In this document: piece by piece, positions 33,600 to 35,454 of the stretch
How the letters are laid out: every line of letters starts with the position of its first letter
Position numbering within the stretch: the first letter of the stretch is position 1
DNA from: a virus
Lineage: Duplodnaviria > Caudoviricetes
IMG/VR virus record: IMGVR_UViG_3300049192_000018
Location: 1-35,454 of that record
Length of the DNA: 35,454 bases
Reading direction: 5' to 3' (one strand)
The notes under the pieces: model-generated
What the model was told of the DNA's origin: nothing
The model's database searches: none
What the model saw: the letters and a program-made list of their open reading frames with translations, nothing else
Made by a program: the position numbers and the translations under genes

Positions 33600-35454
33600 C
33601 CATCAAGACACTGATGACGCGCGACGCCACCGATGGAGTCGCAAGCAAGGCCGTGCAGCGCATGGCAGAACTGGCGAAGAAGCCGCAGCAGCGCGATGCG
33701 GATGTAGGCGCTGTGAACGTCGAGGCTCGCACCGTCGAACTGTCGTTCTCCAGCGAACTGGAATATCGCCGCTGGTTCGGAATCGAAATCTTGGGCCACG
33801 CACCTGGTGAAGTCCGCATGGAACGCCTGCAGGATAGCGCCGCATCGCTGTGGAATCACAACTGGGACGACATGCGCGGTGTCGTGGAGTCCGCACGCAT
33901 CGACAGCGACGGCGTAGGCCGCGCCGTGGTCCGCATCAGCAAGTCGCATGCTGGCGAACAACTGCTGCAAGACCTGGCGGACGGCATCGTTACGAAAGTG
34001 TCCGTTGGCTACATGGTCCACGGCCTGAAGCTGATTGAAGAACGCGAAGACGTTGACGTTTTCCGCGTCATCGACTGGGAGCCGTTCGAGATTTCCTTCG
34101 TTTCCGTGCCAGCCGACCCTTCCGTGGGCGTAGGCCGTTCGCTGGAAAACCCACCAGAGGAACAGCCGAAGAAAAAAACCGATGATGCTGGCAGCATCAA
34201 AGATTCCGCAGCAACGCGGGCAACTACCGAGGAACCAAAACCTATGAAATATCGCTACTTCCGCGACGCCCAAGGCAACATGTGCCGCGTTGCGCAGGAT
34301 GAAAACGGCAAGGATGTGGGCGCGTCCGAAATCATCGAAGCCGCTGGCGCGGACAACCATTCCCGCAGCCTGGGCGAGTCCGCCGAGCGCGCACGTTCGA
34401 ACGCCATCCTGGCGCTGGGCGAGCGCTTCGACGCCCGCGACCTGGCCGCACAAATGGTCCGCGACGGCAAGACCGAAGCCGACATGCAGAATGCCCTGCT
34501 GGACCGCTTCAACGAGCGCACCGCAAAGCCGCTGGGCGAGCAGAACCGCAACGCCGAAATCGGCATGTCCGACGCCGACGTGTCGCGCTTCAGCATGCTG
34601 CGCGCCGCCCGCGCCCTGCACCCGAACGCAACACGCGCCGACCGCGAAGCCGCAGCCTTCGAATTCGAGGTTAGCGAAGCCGCGCAGCGCGCTACCGGCA
34701 AGACCGCACAGGGCATCCTGATCCCTGCCGACGTGCTGGGCACCCGTGCATTCAACGCTGGCGGCATCCCTGGCGCTGGCCAGTCGGGCGCACACCTGGT
34801 TCCGCACACCACTTCCACTTCGTGGATCGACCAGCTGCGCAATCGTTCCGTGATGATGAAACTGGCCACCGTGATGTCTGGCCTGGTTGGCACCATGGAC
34901 ATTCCGAAGAAAACCGACCGCGCGAAGGCTTACTGGCTGGGTGAAGGTCAGGACGCGCAAGAAACCGGCATGGACTTCGGCCAGATCACCATCACGCCGA
35001 AGACTGTTGCGGCCTACATCGACATCACCCGCAAGCTGCTGAACCAGTCTTCGCCTGACGCTGAAATGCTGGTGCGCAATGACCTGCGCGACGCAGTTGG
35101 CGAGGCAATCGACATCGCCGCCATCTACGGCACCGGCACTCAGTACCAGCCGCGTGGCCTGAAGAACTACAACGGCATGAACGCTGTGGACTTCGCCGCC
35201 CAGCAAGCGCCGACCTTCGCTAACCTGGTTGCGATGGAAACCGAGATTGCAGCGGACAACGCCGACGTGAATTCGATGGCGTACCTGATGCACTCGCGTC
35301 TGCGCGGCTACATGAAGACCACGCCGAAGTTCGGTTCGGGCACCGAAACCACCATTTGGGAGCCAGGCAACACCGTCAACGGCTACCGCGCCGAAGTGAC
35401 CAACCAGCTGAACGCTGACGATATGTTCTTCGGCAACTTCGCAGACTTCCTGAT
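33596..35454 (+). CDS. Prohead protease (HK97-type) fused to scaffold/major capsid protein, 3'-truncated by window
   Basis: Open frame from ATG 33596 to window end (absent from ORF track): RTVELSFSSE, LWNHN, VSVGY, WEPFEISFVSVPAD protease; AYWLGEG, ITRKLL.QSS, GTG...QPRG, FFGNF capsid. Confidence 0.94.
   Translation, partial: MTIKTLMTRDATDGVASKAVQRMAELAKKPQQRDADVGAVNVEARTVELSFSSELEYRRWFGIEILGHAPGEVRMERLQDSAASLWNHNWDDMRGVVESARIDSDGVGRAVVRISKSHAGEQLLQDLADGIVTKVSVGYMVHGLKLIEEREDVDVFRVIDWEPFEISFVSVPADPSVGVGRSLENPPEEQPKKKTDDAGSIKDSAATRATTEEPKPMKYRYFRDAQGNMCRVAQDENGKDVGASEIIEAAGADNHSRSLGESAERARSNAILALGERFDARDLAAQMVRDGKTEADMQNALLDRFNERTAKPLGEQNRNAEIGMSDADVSRFSMLRAARALHPNATRADREAAAFEFEVSEAAQRATGKTAQGILIPADVLGTRAFNAGGIPGAGQSGAHLVPHTTSTSWIDQLRNRSVMMKLATVMSGLVGTMDIPKKTDRAKAYWLGEGQDAQETGMDFGQITITPKTVAAYIDITRKLLNQSSPDAEMLVRNDLRDAVGEAIDIAAIYGTGTQYQPRGLKNYNGMNAVDFAAQQAPTFANLVAMETEIAADNADVNSMAYLMHSRLRGYMKTTPKFGSGTETTIWEPGNTVNGYRAEVTNQLNADDMFFGNFADFL
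34147..34186 (+). promoter_or_regulatory. Activator-dependent promoter candidate D (internal, capsid)
   Basis: AAACCCACCAGAGG + 20 nt + GATGAT, then GAGGA RBS and in-frame ATG at 34244. Confidence 0.7.

Larger units (their letters stand above)
1..35454. mobile_element. Temperate myovirus-type phage (P2-like tail, lambda-like packaging), partial genome
   Basis: Continuous run of tail, integration, recombination, replication, lysis, packaging and head genes; no recognisable host housekeeping gene. Confidence 0.97.

Noticed and set aside
26631-34160. ENPPE as a shared protein motif
   Set aside because: Codons are invariant and one copy is intergenic, so the signal is DNA-level
30394-35293. Three minus-strand ORFs of 512-582 aa
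   Set aside because: Shadows of terL, portal and protease-capsid; the real capsid ORF is missing from the track only because it has no stop in the window

Overview
The whole window is a temperate tailed phage with a contractile tail; no host genes are present. Order: P2-like tail module (sheath, tube, frameshifted chaperone, tape measure, U, X, D), an intact attP carrying the 3' half of tRNA-Gly(TCC), integrase and HNH gene, a leftward recombination operon (ssb, TraR-like, DUF3310, Xis, Sak4-like ATPase, RecE-like exonuclease, winged-HTH), a long rightward replication/accessory region (SF2 helicase, ParB-like, VRR-NUC, primase-helicase, DNA methyltransferase, many small ORFs), an iteron-rich putative origin, a Mor-like activator, lysis cassette, lambda-like cos, terminase, portal and a protease-capsid fusion running off the right end. 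Three signals go beyond the gene list. (1) An ssrA-tag-like peptide (A[A/S/V]NDN, ten copies in nine proteins) and C-terminal Ala-Ala ends are confined to non-virion proteins, suggesting a programmed SspB/ClpXP degron system. (2) An exact 14-bp motif occurs four times, each exactly 20 nt before a -10-like hexamer, suggesting a hidden activator-dependent promoter set. (3) A promoter-to-terminator, five-hairpin candidate ncRNA lies after the HNH gene. All assignments are from manual motif recognition; no database search was run.
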